From Kondoa subrosea (taxonomy: Eukaryota), in the NCBI GenBank assembly GCA_039545335.1, contig BCIN01000001.1, positions 3,289,136 through 3,353,135 of the forward strand: a stretch of 64,000 nucleotides of DNA, given 5' to 3'. Positions 22,099 to 35,726 of the stretch are shown one piece after another. The notes under the pieces are model-generated. The model saw only the letters and a program-made list of their open reading frames with translations, had not been told where the DNA came from and searched no databases. The position numbers and the translations under genes are program-made. The first letter of the stretch is position 1. Each line of letters begins with the position of its first letter.

Positions 22099-25000
22099 AT
22101 GGCGCTACAAGACCGCAGCAAATTGATCTTGGAGAAGTTGCTCTCGCCCATAGGATGTAGCCAGGCATTCGTAAAAGAGCATTTTGCTCCCAAGGCTCAA
22201 GTTACTTTGGTAGGTCTAAAGCGGCTTTACAAGCAAAGGCTGATAGCCTATGATTCAGCCCTTTACTGGCTTCCATGGAATAGAAGAGATTATGTCCTTC
22301 TTCAGTCTTATGGCCCTGATTCAGCCTATCCATCTTTCACTGGTTGACCCAAATTTACTCAGTAGCCCCTCAGCACCTCGAGCTATCAAAGCCACTGTCT
22401 CACCTACTGGAGTAGCTGGATCTCAACAGAACGTTGTAATTCTACAAGTCATCCATACTGTTGAACTGCCTGTATCCGCTTTCGCTTTCCGTTTCCCAAC
22501 AAAGGAGCAGACTGTCTTGATCAAATGGGACAACACGAGTTCCAAGGTGGAGGAGCTCTTCTTCAAGTCAGATAGGCAGCCAAGTAGCTCGTACGTTTTA
22601 GGCTCTTCGGCATAAAGATTAGAATGTCAAGCTAATGTAATCTTGGTCAGGGTGATCTTGCGAGCTATCTTCCGCAGCGGTATTCTACAAGTGTCCAAGC
22701 TATCTCATCACTCGCTCTTTGTCAAAGCTTGCGTCGCTCTACATTGGTTGATCTCCTTGCAATTCAGCTTATGCGCAATCCTGCTTTCGCACTTGCTTTC
22801 GCCTTTCTCTGCTAGCCAATCTGGTCAAGATCAATCGAAGCCGCATATCATTCGAGTGACTGGCTTACTTTGGTCACTGCTCAGCTTCATTTCTGGTGTA
22901 TTGGCCGTGATTTATGGTGTCGCGAAGAGAGAACGAGTTGTCCGTGCCCAAGCGTGAGCACGTACTCAACGTACTGTAATACCTGCTGAGTATATGCCAT
23001 AGTGGGAGACAATCTCCTCCTGTCAGTCAAGCCACACTAAAGCCAACTCCGACACTGGTGAATGAAGACGGAAAGCCTAAGATACGAAGAAAGAGCGTTT
23101 CTTTCTGCGAAGACGATGTCAAAGCGGCTGCCGCTCTGGTCGACTCACCTTCTGTTCGCATTTTGGCCAGACCTTCCACCAAATTCTTCTCTCCTCCTCC
23201 GCCAGTACGCGACCCATTGCCCAAATTTGCTGTCAAGGCTTCGTCACCGCTAGCTGAAATTGCTGCTGACACCCAACAAGATGTATTCAGCGCAGCGTCG
23301 AAGCCTGTAGCGCCTGTTTCAAGCCGCGTTGCTGAAGAAGTTCGACTAAACCTTGTTCCGCTGTCGAAGGCTCAGATCGCTGACCAAATTATTAATGATG
23401 TCCAGCCGAAACAGCCAATTCTTCGTCCTCATGCGCCTAATTTCCAACCAAAACAGGCAGCAATTCCGGATGTAATTCTGACTACACCATCAAGAGGAAC
23501 CCAGTATAGCGCTTTCCCAACTCCTACACCACCTTCGATCTATACTGATGAACCCTCCTTCGTTCGCTGGTCGCAACCCAACAGTCCTGTCAAGTCTATG
23601 CCCGATGTACCAAATCAATACCCATATGATCATCTGCAGCAACAATCTATCATGCATTCTAATCATTCATACCATACCCAAGGCATCGAATACTATGTAC
23701 CATCAGAAAACTCTCTCATGCTACAATTTGATCAACACCAGCCGATCGCGCCTGCTCCGGCCATTCCACTCCAAGCGATCACTCCTGCCCTTTTCGAACC
23801 AGCTACCAAATCTTCAAGAGCTATTCCTATTCGCAAACCTGAAATCAAATCCGCTGCGCCAGTCAAGCAACCCAGTTCTGCGGAGATTGTATCTGTACCC
23901 GAAGCTAAAGATAAAAAAGCCAAGGTCTCCCATGATATCAAAGTCGAGCCTGAAACTGAATCTGTCTCGCTGAGGGGCGCGACACCAGCAAAGAGAGAAA
24001 AGGCAACGTTTTCAGCTAAAGACCTACCCAAGGAAAGTACTTCCATGCCGTGGAGCGATGACACTCCTGCTGCGTAAGTTAGCCAAGCAGTGTCAAGAAA
24101 TACCATTTAACATGAAAGAAGCAGACCTGCACCAATTTCCGATGACAATTCTGACAAAGCAGATGAAGAAGCTGTCGTGTTAAGCGATCAAGAAAGCCCG
24201 GAATCTGTCAAACGCTGGTTTCATGCGCTTGATGAGCAACGTGAACGAAGACGTTCCGTCAGTCGAAGCCCTGTTGCTTCGCCGAACACTTCGCCGGTCT
24301 CCCATCGCTCTACTTTACCTGTTGCTCAGATCTCTACTCCAGCTCTTTCGCCAGTCACGTCGGTTTCCAATGTACCTACTACCTCTGCTGTTGGCTGGGA
24401 AAAGGAAGAAGAGCAACCCGGTAATACTGGAATTGGTTGGGATGACGAAGAGGAACCAAAACCGAAGCTAGCTGAAGAATGGGACGCATGGGCAAATAAT
24501 CACAAGTCGAACGCTGCCACAGTCAGTTCAAGCACTTCTTCTGCTTCTCTCGCTAGCCCAGTATCGTACAAGATGGCGCTATCCGACGAGCCAGAAATCA
24601 ATTCAGATTGGGACACACCGAGGTCACGAAATGAGACTCAACATCCAGTCCGAACCGTTCAATCTCTTGTCCGCAAAGTTAAAGAAGATCAGCGTAATTT
24701 TGAAGATCCTTGGCTCAAACCAGTCAGCAACGGAAAGCCTCATCGTACTGGAAAAGGTTCCAATCGTAATGGAAACAATGCTTGGGGAGGTGGAGCAGGA
24801 CCTGCACTCAACAGAAGTCGAAGTGATTCACCTTCTTCCTCTGCCAGTAATTCTTCAGCTAGTGTTCCTTTGTCGGCTGTTCCTTCTCGTAAACAGCAGA
24901 GACAGAAGAATCAGAAAGCGAGCCGAGGAGGCGCATGGTCTGGGGTTGCTCCTAGTGCTGGTCGACCAAGTCCATTTGGCGCTTTCGATCAGATGTCGGG

Positions 25001-25258
25001 TCCGGTCTCATCTAGCCATCTTGTCAGTCCATTAGCAGAAGTCGTGATCCAGTGAGTGCTCCTCTTGACCATCACAAAGCCCGCCTCATCAATTCTTGCA
25101 GACCGATCATCACTAATGCCGATGAATGGGAGAATCCATCTGCACCTTTCGTGCCACCTTCCGGTATAGTAAAACTTGCAAATCTGAAGAACAACAAGAA
25201 GAGCAAGGTACCTGGTTTGCCTGCTGAATACGTCAACATGCGAAGTCGAAGTAGCTGA
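22099..25258 (+). CDS. large hypothetical protein (hydrophobic segments, long disordered S/P-rich C-terminus)
   Basis: Chain of plus-strand ORFs (22099, 22250, 22643, 23058, 24177, 25052) separated by short introns. Confidence 0.6.
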
Positions 25259-25552
25259 GAACAGCCAGAGAAAGAGAGATGGCTACTTATGCAATGTACG
25301 CACATGCTTTGATACGACGAAAGCTGTAGAAGAGCATGACAATAATATTGCACACTCCTTGCTTTGCATATAGTCTCGGGCATGTTCTTACTAAGCAGAG
25401 TTGACCGGTAATAGCGGACCATGCTTTGAGTTGTTGGTTGTGCTAGATACCAGACTGTGTGACTGTGTCTGTAGATATCCTTGCTCTGGTCTGCGCCTTG
25501 CATCAGGGAGAAGTTTGGTTCGACTCAAATAAATCTGATCTTGGAGCTCAAG

Positions 25553-27572
25553 ATGTCTGCCTCGTTTGTGGAAACGCATACAAAGAGCTTGATGCTATGT
25601 GCAGCTTGTAGCCTTTCCATCGGCTCTCACTAGTCCGTTTTCATTCATCTCTGACCTCTGGCTGGCTTGATACGTTATGCAGTGGGAACTATCTCCTTGG
25701 TCCGCTTAAAGGCGCTCTATCCGAGCAGCTACATACTTCAAGCACAGACTTTGCATCACTGCTGTCGAGCATTTCTTGTAAATCTGAGCTATCATTAGCT
25801 TCTTCATCACTCAGACAGTGCTTTTCACTTTTAACAGTAGTGAATACCGTTGTGCCTCTGCTTGGTTTTCTTGTACCGCGTTATGGACCTTCGGTGATGG
25901 GATGCGTCGCGACCTCGGTCATTGTGACTGGTAAATTATATCCTAGCTTCAACTAAGAAGCTCATCCTCCAGCAGGCATGGCGATTGTCTGGCTGAGCGA
26001 TAGGAGCGACAGCTTGAACGGAATGATCTTAGGTGCGATCGCTCGGCAAGAGTGCTTCGCACGATCAAGAATTAGCTGAAACGACTGTCAGGCTATTTTA
26101 TATTTGGCAGTGCTACAAGCTTCTTGAGCGTCATACAGGTGCGCTTCACAATCGTTCTCCCTTCCGGACTAATATATTACCTTAGGAGACAATCATTGGT
26201 AAGCTACAAAGACAACCCTGCTTCTCGCTTGATATTTTTCACAGTGACTTATATCGGAAGAGAAGCGCTGGGGATATGGATCGCGCTGGGCCTGCTCCTT
26301 GGCAGATTAGCTGCCTGGCTAGGCTCTGTCACAGCAATACCCCTCTCTCAAACTTCCTATGGGACGCCTGCAGCTTTCTTCGTGGCTCTGCTGGTAGGCT
26401 GCGACAACACTGCGTGTGGAGGATAGGCTAACTCGCATTTCAGCTTGCGCTTGTCTCTTTTTCAGCAAGCTTGAGCTTCGCTTACCTGGAGAGGATACAT
26501 CGATCAAACAATATTCGTGCTGCTCTTACTTCAGCCCATCATAATCATCGACCTGTGGCAGTTCACGAAACGCTTGCCTTTGGTGATGCATTCGTAAGTC
26601 TAGTATTCGGCAAAACGACTAAGTTGTAACTCGCGAGCAGTGGTGCTACGCCTTGTTGAATATCGTTTCGGGAATGGTTTGGCATCCCTTTGTAAGGATC
26701 TTGCTGAGAATACTGCATTCGGCTAACTTTGACCCAACAGGTTCACTTCTCTTCCTCAATTCTACACTCATTATACAACACCTCGGTTTCCCTTTCAGCC
26801 CTGTTCTCAAGTGTTTTGCTGTTCAGCTCGATGTTTCTGTATCCTTTAATCGGCTTACTTCTCGACCGAATGCCGCCAATTGGCGTCTTTCAGCTTCTGA
26901 TGCTCTCTTCGATCTGTACAATCACTACATTGTCGATTCTTAACTCGCCTACTGCCACCGGCCTTATTGGCCCATTGCCTTCGGTCTTGCCTTTCGCTTT
27001 TGGCTATGGCTATGCACCAGTGGTCATAGTGATGAGCGCTTCGCGGATCGTAGACAAAAGGTTTGGTGCTCGCAAATCTGTCCCAAAAAGATGATCTAAC
27101 ATACTATGTAGGCATATCTCTTCGGCTCTAGGCATTCACAAGGCACTAGAAATGGCAGGAGCGACAATTATGCAAATATTTGCCGGTGAGCGCGCACTTG
27201 GCAGATGTCGGTTCTCATCTCTAAGCCCGTGTTCTAGGCTACTCTATCGATCATACTACCGAGACCTCATCTCAAACAGCCCGCTCTGTTGTCTTCTACA
27301 TCTTCTGCGCAAATATCCTACAGTGCATTTCGGCAGCGTGTCTATGGCGGCTAGGCTATCTCAAGCTTCAGACTGTAGAAGACAGGTCATATCGCAGTTT
27401 GCCCACGGAGTTGGAATTAGATGGACCAGAATCTGTCGTTATGGAAAAAGCGAGTAGCGGTGGCATGAGTCCCGTTCCCAGTAGTGTACTATACAGAGGA
27501 AAGATCTGTCTGGGCATATGTACAGGGACCATTGTATTAGCGTGGCTTATGTTCATTGCATCAAGGCTGTGA
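25553..27572 (+). CDS. MFS transporter (MFSD1-like)
   Basis: SIGSHY, LGPLK, VNTVVPL, ALGIHKALEMAGATI; multiple TM exons; TGA at 27570-27572. Confidence 0.75.
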
Positions 27573-30033
27573 CGACACAGTACTTCTGTAACCCGCTTCA
27601 ACCCAAGCCTCAAGAGCTGCTTGATTTGAAGACGTCTCTGCTCGCATGGCTTCGAATGCCACATCTGCTTCTAATTCTGCATCTCCGAGATGGGCTCCTG
27701 CTGCGCGCAAAACTTTCACGACATCTGTCCATCCATATTTCTACAGCGAGATGAGCCGAATTCTTGATCAGAGTGAGCACTTGACTTACTGCAGCGCAGA
27801 AAAGCGCAGTATGACCCTCGATATCCCTTGCATGTACTGAAGCCCCATGTTGAAGTAAAAGACGACAGTTTTTCGCACTCCCACGACTTGCAGCAACATT
27901 GAGTGGTATTTGACAAGCAGAAGAACTTGGCTGATTCAGATAATTGCCAACAGCAGAACCGCTTAGAACTTCGCTAGACTTCTGCCCCACTAATAGATTG
28001 AGCATAGAGCTCAGAGAATCGTCTTCCTTCGCAGCAGCTTCAGCCAATAAAAAGGGTACAATGGTTTGTTCAGCGGTCTGTACTTCTTCTGTCGAAAGTT
28101 GTAAAGATCGCGAATGCTCAGTCGGTGTGCCGGTCTGTTTTGAGCTATTTTGAGCTTCTTCGAGAGAAAGAAGGCGGGAGAACAGGAATTGCAGGCGATC
28201 AACAGGCAAAGAAGGAGCATACTGCTTCGAGGTGATGGGTGATGTCAGTTCTCCCCGAAGCGGTCGTCCCATCAGATGCTTGATCTCAGGTATAGAGAGA
28301 TCGCCTCGACCGAGAAGGTATTGAAGTTTGGCGAGGGCGCACTGTATATACTGTGAGCGATTGCTCGCCCCGTTATTTTCGAGCGTACTTCGACGGTCCT
28401 AAGCTTTCGATCAGACTAATAGTATGAAGACGCGCAAAGACTCACATATCCAATCCGCTCACCAGACCAGCTTCTAGCAAAGCCCTGCCTCCGGCGTATA
28501 AGTCTACCACGGTGCCTTTTGTACATCTACAAGTAGATTAGTCCTGCTTCCTTGGCATCGCAGCCGCTTACTGGGTGACATTAATTATGATCTATAGGAA
28601 GATCAGCGACACTCGTATATGCGAGGAAACACTTACTACACCACGAGAACTTGCTTCTTTCAATACATCAAGAAAATCTTTCCTTTGCGGAGCATTGCCT
28701 GCTCCGTATGTTTCCAATACGCAAGCTTGAGTTGGTCTATGGATAATCTCGCCCTATCAGATCATCTTCCATCTATCAGGAAAGGCAGTTACTCGGCAAG
28801 GATTGCTCGTAAAGTAGCTGCTTGTACTCCCGGATACAAAGCAAAGCGGACCACATTCTCGCACATCTTCTTGTGCACTTGCATTTTCTCCAAAGCGGTA
28901 GGTCTCAGGATTCGATCCCAATGGACTGATATATCCACTCCAACATCGCACAACGAGCCAAGATTTGGAGAAGCGAAAGCGTCGAAATCGAAAGAAGAAG
29001 CTTTGGTCGTTCTGTTTCCTCTGAATAAACGAGAGTTGAAGTAGACCGTCACTTCGGGAATGGTGTAAGATCGAGCGATAGTCAAGGCGCCCAGCAGGTT
29101 GTCAACTCCATCGTTACGTATTTCGGAAACTGGTATTTGAGATCCCGAGACTATGACCTGACATAGTGCGATCAGGCAAAGCATTATAGCAGGCGTTTTG
29201 ACCAACTGTTTTGCCCAAGTTCTCGAGGAGGAAGCTGAGTGCGCTTGCGGTGTAGCTTCAATCCTTGATTCAGCTCCTATTTCGACTTCTCAAAAATGAT
29301 GCACTTACCTCAAAGTGTCCGTTCCGTGCAGAATCAGAAACGCATCGAAATGCTTGTAATTCCTCTCGACATCTATCTTTGCCCACATCAGCCAGTACCG
29401 TAGCTATACGAAGTATCATACCTTCTGCTATGCGAACGAAATCCTTCAACCCAACTTCACTACTATCGATCAATCGTTCATACTCGTAAATTACGAATCT
29501 ACATCCATGACCAGCGAAATTCTTTGGCATAACCAAACAAGGTAATTGTTTGATACCATTTGACGTATGTACAGGAAGAAACTGTTCAGCTTCGTCATTC
29601 AATTTCGTACTGAGTTCGGCAGGTGATGGAATAGAATTGTTTGCATTACTGCTACGGGAAGGAGTGTTAGTCCCTGATGTAGAAGAAGGATCACCAGCTG
29701 GTGAGGATGCCCAATGTTTGTAATCTTCTATCGACCGAGAATGGTTAGGTAAATGAATGCCTTGAGGATCGTTGAAGCGAGCTTGAGTTCGAAGGCTGAT
29801 TCCACGTGTTCAGATTTGTTGACAGTATCGTAAAACAGATGGTGCACTTACTTATCGTACAAGAAACCTGGAGTGGGAACATAGCCTTTTGAACTAGATA
29901 ACATGCCAATCGTTCCACCAGTGTAGAGGATCAAGACTTTCTGTTCATTTGCTGTAGCGATATCATCAAGTATGAGCGATGGTTCTGTAGACAGCGCAAT
30001 CTCGAGAGCAGGAAGATACGGCAATAGAGGCAT
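27561..30033 (-). CDS. type I L-asparaginase with C-terminal ankyrin repeats (60 kDa lysophospholipase-like)
   Basis: ILYTGGTIGM, LIDSS, VIVSGSQIP, LFRGNRTTK, ankyrin repeat GASVHARDIEGHTALF; last exon ends SSQP* at 27561. Confidence 0.9.
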
Positions 30034-30660
30034 TTGAATGACACTAATCGATTTAGCTTTAGCGAAGGGCAGCCTTGCAAGATATAGCAGAAATAGTCGT
30101 ACTTCACTTGCACAGCCAAGATAGACAAGAACCGTGTAATGCACCGACACCAGCACAGCTTTCCAAAACCAGTTCAAATGACTTTACGGATAGCATAGAG
30201 ATGCGACAAGATGAACGCAGAAGAAGATGAAGACAAGGAAAGCTAACAAACCCTGAGAGATCGAGCTGAGCTCTAGCGTGCGCTGCCTTTCTGCGACTGC
30301 ATTTTGCAAGCCCATGATTTGCTAGGGCAAAATCACTCGATTGAGCAGCGACTTTGAGAACAGGAAAAGGACAAGCAGCGACTTCACTCCAGCTGCTTTA
30401 TAGGCTGCTTGTGCTCAGATGAATGCTCGCATGTGGAAATCGTGCATTTGGCAAAATAAGAGCAATGGCGGAGGTGCAGTGGAAATAGTCTAATTACGCG
30501 TCGCACGAGAAGGGGGAATGTCATAGATGATAGATTCCTTAGTGTAATTGCAGATCCCAAAAGCAAGAAAGCAGTACAAGAGCCTTTCCATAAAGTAAAA
30601 CGAAATTTATAAATGGTAATACAGCCAAAAAGCGTCTTCTGAACTATTGCTACGCTTACT

Positions 30661-31306
30661 TTACTTCTCTTCAGTCTTCTCTTCGGTTTCTGTACGCGAA
30701 AGGACGTGATAGATCAGTTTATATCCTGAAAATACCGTCACCCTTGACGCACCTTCTTCCTCTGCATCTGATCCAGAGCTGCTACCCTCTTCTTCTTCAC
30801 CTTCAGCAGGTACAGCAGCAGCTTCGTCCTCTTCCTCTTCTTCAGGTTCTTCGTATTCAGCGCTGCGGTCATAATCAATGTTAAGCGCTGATTAAATGCT
30901 AGGTGCAAAGGCTCACTTTGCTTTAGCCCAATCAATCTTCTTGCCTCCTGTAAGCATTCGTGGTCCTCAGCTGTGATCCAGCAAGGAGATCGACGCGAAA
31001 ACTTACGCGTTCTGCGACCTTCGATAATGTTTTCCTGCTTCAATTCAGAAAGATCTTCCTTTGAGATATCTTCATCATCGAATGAAGCACTTTGAAGAAT
31101 CACGCGTTTTTAACACAACAAATCGCTTGAAATTGGAAATTCAGCGACTCACTCCATTTCGGTCGACTCATCAGCTTTTGGCCTGTGTCCAACATCAGAT
31201 GTGTACATGAATGGACATTGATAATGAAGCTTCACTTTTTGGCATCAGGAGCTTCTGTGACTTCTTCAGCAGCAGGTCTCTTTTCTGGGCTTGTAGTGGA
31301 AGACAT
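30661..31306 (-). CDS. small acidic histone chaperone, Chz1-like (CHZ motif)
   Basis: EDLSELKQENIIEGRRTR-GGKKIDW followed by an acidic tail. Confidence 0.7.
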
Positions 31307-31870
31307 GGTTTACTGTGACCAATCACAGAGATAGATATCAGCATTAGATGATAGACTATCGCGTGAGAGCTCACGAATGGAAGAGTGAGGTGAGGGAGAA
31401 GGAAAGAGAGGAGGAAGAGGAAAGAAGGGGGAGAGAAATGAGACGCGACTTGTTTGAATCTTTGAATCAAAGGGACTTACTAAGTCCCCGCGTTCGACAG
31501 GCTCGAGCTCAGAGAAAGGCTACATGAAGAGCAACATTTCACAATGTGAAGCAGTTCCATACGATACAATCGATACTGTGATTATGCAGAATGACTATTT
31601 TCAGCCCTTCTTCGGATTCCCGCCATGTGACATGCACGCTTGATCTTTTACGACGAGACAGTGAATGCAAAGAGCTGGACTGTTACTTGGACTACTCAGA
31701 TCCATCTCAATCACAGTACAAGTATGTTCTGGCACATCGCTCAGATGCAATTCGCACGGCTGACGAGTCGCATGAAGCAGCCTCGCAACTTAGTCAGACA
31801 GTGCAGCACTACTTCGCTCTCACACAGTCTACATTCTCCCTTTTGTTCTAGACAACACAGAGCTCTCAAC

Positions 31871-34800
31871 ATGACTTCCGCCGTTCCTCACAAAGATGCA
31901 AGCGCTGACTTTCGTTTGTCTAAAGATGTAACGTAAGCTCACATCATGTTATCGGAAGAGCCTGGCGACTAACAGATCTGATGCAGGCCTGTGCACTACG
32001 ATCTGACTTTAAAGACCGATCTCAAGCAATTGACCTTCGAAGGCAAGGTTGAGATCGAGTATGTTTGCATGCAGCCTTGCATCAGCATCTAAGCTAATGA
32101 TCGAATTAGTCTCAAGATCAACAAGAACACCTCTTCCATCACCTTTCATGCCAACAAACCGCTCAAAGTTCATGCAGCTATGCTCACCTCATCATCCCTC
32201 AAAACGGATTCTACGATGGAATTTGATGCTATTGAAGTAGATGACAAGCTTCAAAGAGCTACTGTCATGTTCCCGAAAGAACTCACTGCTGATTCGGATG
32301 CGAGATTGGCTTTGACCTTCTCTGGCAGTATTGATGGATCCATGAGTTCGTCATCAAAGCGTTATTAAGAATGAGTTTCTTGCTCATCCATACGCTTTTC
32401 TTGTCGACAGTGGGTTACTACAAATCAACCTACTCACCTGATCCCGAGAAACCAGAAGAGAAAGATCATTACGCCTTGACTCAATTTGAGCCAACTTCAG
32501 CTAGACAAGCTTTCCCTTGCTGGGATGAACCTGCTCTCAAGGCTACATTCTCTTTCACTCACATCTATCGAAGCAATACTGTTTCTCTAGCCAACATGAA
32601 TGAAGTCGAGACTATTTCTTCAGATGGATCAGTACCCAAACCTTTCGCTGAGCAATCCAATGAAAAAGGTCCTTCTTCTTCCGCTTCATCATCATCGGAA
32701 TGGTCAAGTACAACGTATGCTAAAACACCTAAAATGTCAACTTACCTCATCGCTTGGGCCAATGGAAATTTCAAACATTTAGAATCCTCTTACGTTTCTC
32801 CTTTAACTGGTTCTAAAATCCCACTTCGAATCTATGCAACACCAGAAAACATTCATCAAGGTCAATTAGCTCTAGATACCAAAGCTTCAATTATGCCCAT
32901 TTATGAAAAGATTTTCGATATCGCTTACCCTTTACCTAAAGTTGATACTCTTGTTGCAACGGATTTCGATGCTGGAGCTATGGAAAATTGGGGATTGATT
33001 ACTGGAAGAACTTCAGTTTATTTATACGATCCTGTCAATTCTGGGATTGCTGCTCAGAAATTGACTACGGGAGTTCAGAGCCATGAAGTTGCACATCAGT
33101 GGTTTGGTAATGTAGTAACAATGGAATGGTGTTTGTTTCTTCTTTCTTTAAGCAGCTTTTGATATAGTTGCTTATAAAGAAGATGGTATGAACAGGGGAC
33201 AATTTATGGTTGAATGAAGCTTTCGCTACTTTAATGGGAGAAGTTATCATCATTCAAGAATTACATCCAGAATGGAAGATTCATTCCGAATTCATCAACA
33301 TGCATTTGAAACGGGCTTTACAATTGGACAGTCTTAGATCCAGTCATCCGATTGAGATGCCTTGTCCTGGTATGTTTTCCTCTTTTCTTGAGGTGTTTTA
33401 GAAGAAGGGCTGACAGATTCTTTGTGAATAGATGCGAGCATGATCAATCAGATTGTGAGTATCCGCAAGGCGATGACTCCGCATAATACTGATTTGCAAT
33501 ACAGTTCGACGCTATTTCTTACTCAAAGTGAGTGGGTCATACGCATGCTCGGATAAGTCTGATATGCCAAATGGCTTTTCACAGAGGTGCCTCGGTTCTA
33601 AAGATGTTGGCCAATTCGATTGGCGAAAAGACCTTCCTCAAAGGAGTGTGAGTGCCATCCGCAGTTCATCAGACTGTGATTCTGATTGGCAGGGATGCAT
33701 AAACACAGATCACTTTACCTCAAGAAACATCTCTACAGCAACTCTAGAACTGCTGATCTTTGGGCTGGAATTGCCGAAGCTTCCGGTCTGGATGTAGCTA
33801 AAGTTATGGCCAACTGGACTTTGAAGGTCAGCAGGGCGGTATGGGTTCAGCGCAATGGCGCTTACTGAGCCTCGATCGATGACAGGTTGGATTCCCCGTT
33901 GTTACTGTTGAAGAGACTGCAGAGGGTATCAAACTTCGTCAAAACCGATTCTTGAGTAAGTTTGACCGAAGCAATACTACCAGTATGCTGATTTGAGCAA
34001 TAGGCACTGGCGATTGCAAACCAGAAGAAGATGAAACCATCTGGTGGATTCCTCTAGAACTCAAGACTGTAGACGAATCGGGCAAAGCTTCTATCGATCA
34101 CAAAATCTTCCTTACCGAACGCGAGATGACCATTCCTATCAAAGATGTGAAGAATGCTACTTTCAAGCTCAACGCTGAGACTGCTGGTGTTTGTGGGTGA
34201 CATTTCTGCGCTTCAGCATGACGCTGATGGGGCCACAATTGTCGTTCATAGATCGTGTCAACTACACTCCTGAACGCCTTGCGAAACTTGGCGAGGAAGC
34301 TAGCAAGCCTGATGGCCATCTCACACTCAATGACAGGTAAGTCTCTTCACTTTCCTCTTCTCCTACTTTATTCACTAGCGACATCAGGATGGGTCTCGTA
34401 CAAGATGCCACTGTTCTCGCTAAAGCTGGTTACGGAAAGACTAGCGGTGCTTTGAACTTGATGAGCAAGATGGCTAGCGAGAAAGAATCCCTTGTCTGGA
34501 CTGAAATCTGCGGTTCGCTCAATGACATGGGTTCTGCTTGGTGGGAACAACCTCAAGAAGTTCGCGATGGGTGAGTGCTGCTTCTAAAAGCAAGTCATTT
34601 CTGATGTTTACGGTGTTTCGCAGTCTGGATGCACTCAAGCGCAAACTCTTTGGTCCTATCGCTAAGAAATTGGGTTTCGAAGCTTCCAAAGAAGACAGCG
34701 CGGAAGTCAGAGAACTCCGTGCAACAGCTATCGGTGCTGCTCTGACTGCCAAAGAACCAACGTAGGCTATTAAAGACTGTCTGAGCAAACACCGATCTGT

Positions 34801-35556
34801 CTCATTGATTATAGCATTCTCGAAGAAGCTCAACGTCGCTTTGGCTTATACATAGACCAGAACGATGAATCCATCATTCCTGGTGATCTCCGTTCCGCTA
34901 TCTTCGGCGCCGCAGTTCGCAATGGAGGCGCGAAAGAATACGAAAAGGTCTTGAGCGTATACAGACGTCCTCCTACACCTCAGCATAAGACCGCTTGCAT
35001 TCGCGCTTTGACCAATGCACCGAACGAAGAGCTACGAAAGCGTACTCTAGATATGATCTTGTCCGATGAAGTCAAGACTCAGGATGTTGTACGTTATGGT
35101 TTTTCTCTCCATTGGCAAGCAAGCTGAACTGGTTTGTAGATGTCCTTCTTCCAAGGCGCATCAAGCTATGCTCCAGCTCGTCGTGCAACATGGGAATACT
35201 TCCAAGCAAACTACAGTGATCTAGAAACTCGCTTCAAGGGCAACTTCAGCTGTATGTTTTAATATTCAGGTTAAGCGAAGCATCGCTAACCACGAAGTCA
35301 CTATACAGTCTCTAGAGTGGTCCAATACTCTTTCGATCAATTCACTACCAAGAAAGATGCTGATGCGATCGAAAAGTTCTTCTCCGACAAAGAGTAGGCT
35401 CGCGTTTCTCATTTATGACATCGGCTGATTTGTTATTGTAGTACTAAGAATTACGCTCAAGCTCTGTCTCAAGGTCTCGATTCGATCAGAAGCAAAGCAG
35501 GCTGGTTGGAAAGAGATGCGGATGATGTTGCTGAATGGTTGAAAACTCAGAAGTGA
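31871..35556 (+). CDS. M1 family aminopeptidase (Ape2/puromycin-sensitive type)
   Basis: TQFEPTSARQAFPCWDEP, GAMENWG, HEVAHQW...LNEAFA, FDAISYSKG. In-frame upstream ATG at 31724. Confidence 0.95.
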
Positions 35557-35726
35557 GAGCTCAGTCTGGTCAGAGTGTATGTAATATAGAATAAACATGC
35601 AGAATGCATCTGCTATTATAGCAAAATCGTCGCCGTGTAAACTTGAAAGACAAAGATGAATAGAATGCCTTAGAAAATGAAATTGCACTATATACATCCA
35701 TTTCTTACATGAGCCAACACTACTTA

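Noticed and set aside
10972..30033. Possible sulfur/nitrogen metabolic gene cluster (methyltransferase, sulfurtransferase, amidase, oxygenase, MFS, asparaginase)
   Set aside because: Interspersed with unrelated genes such as CHS5; no backbone enzyme or shared motif seen.
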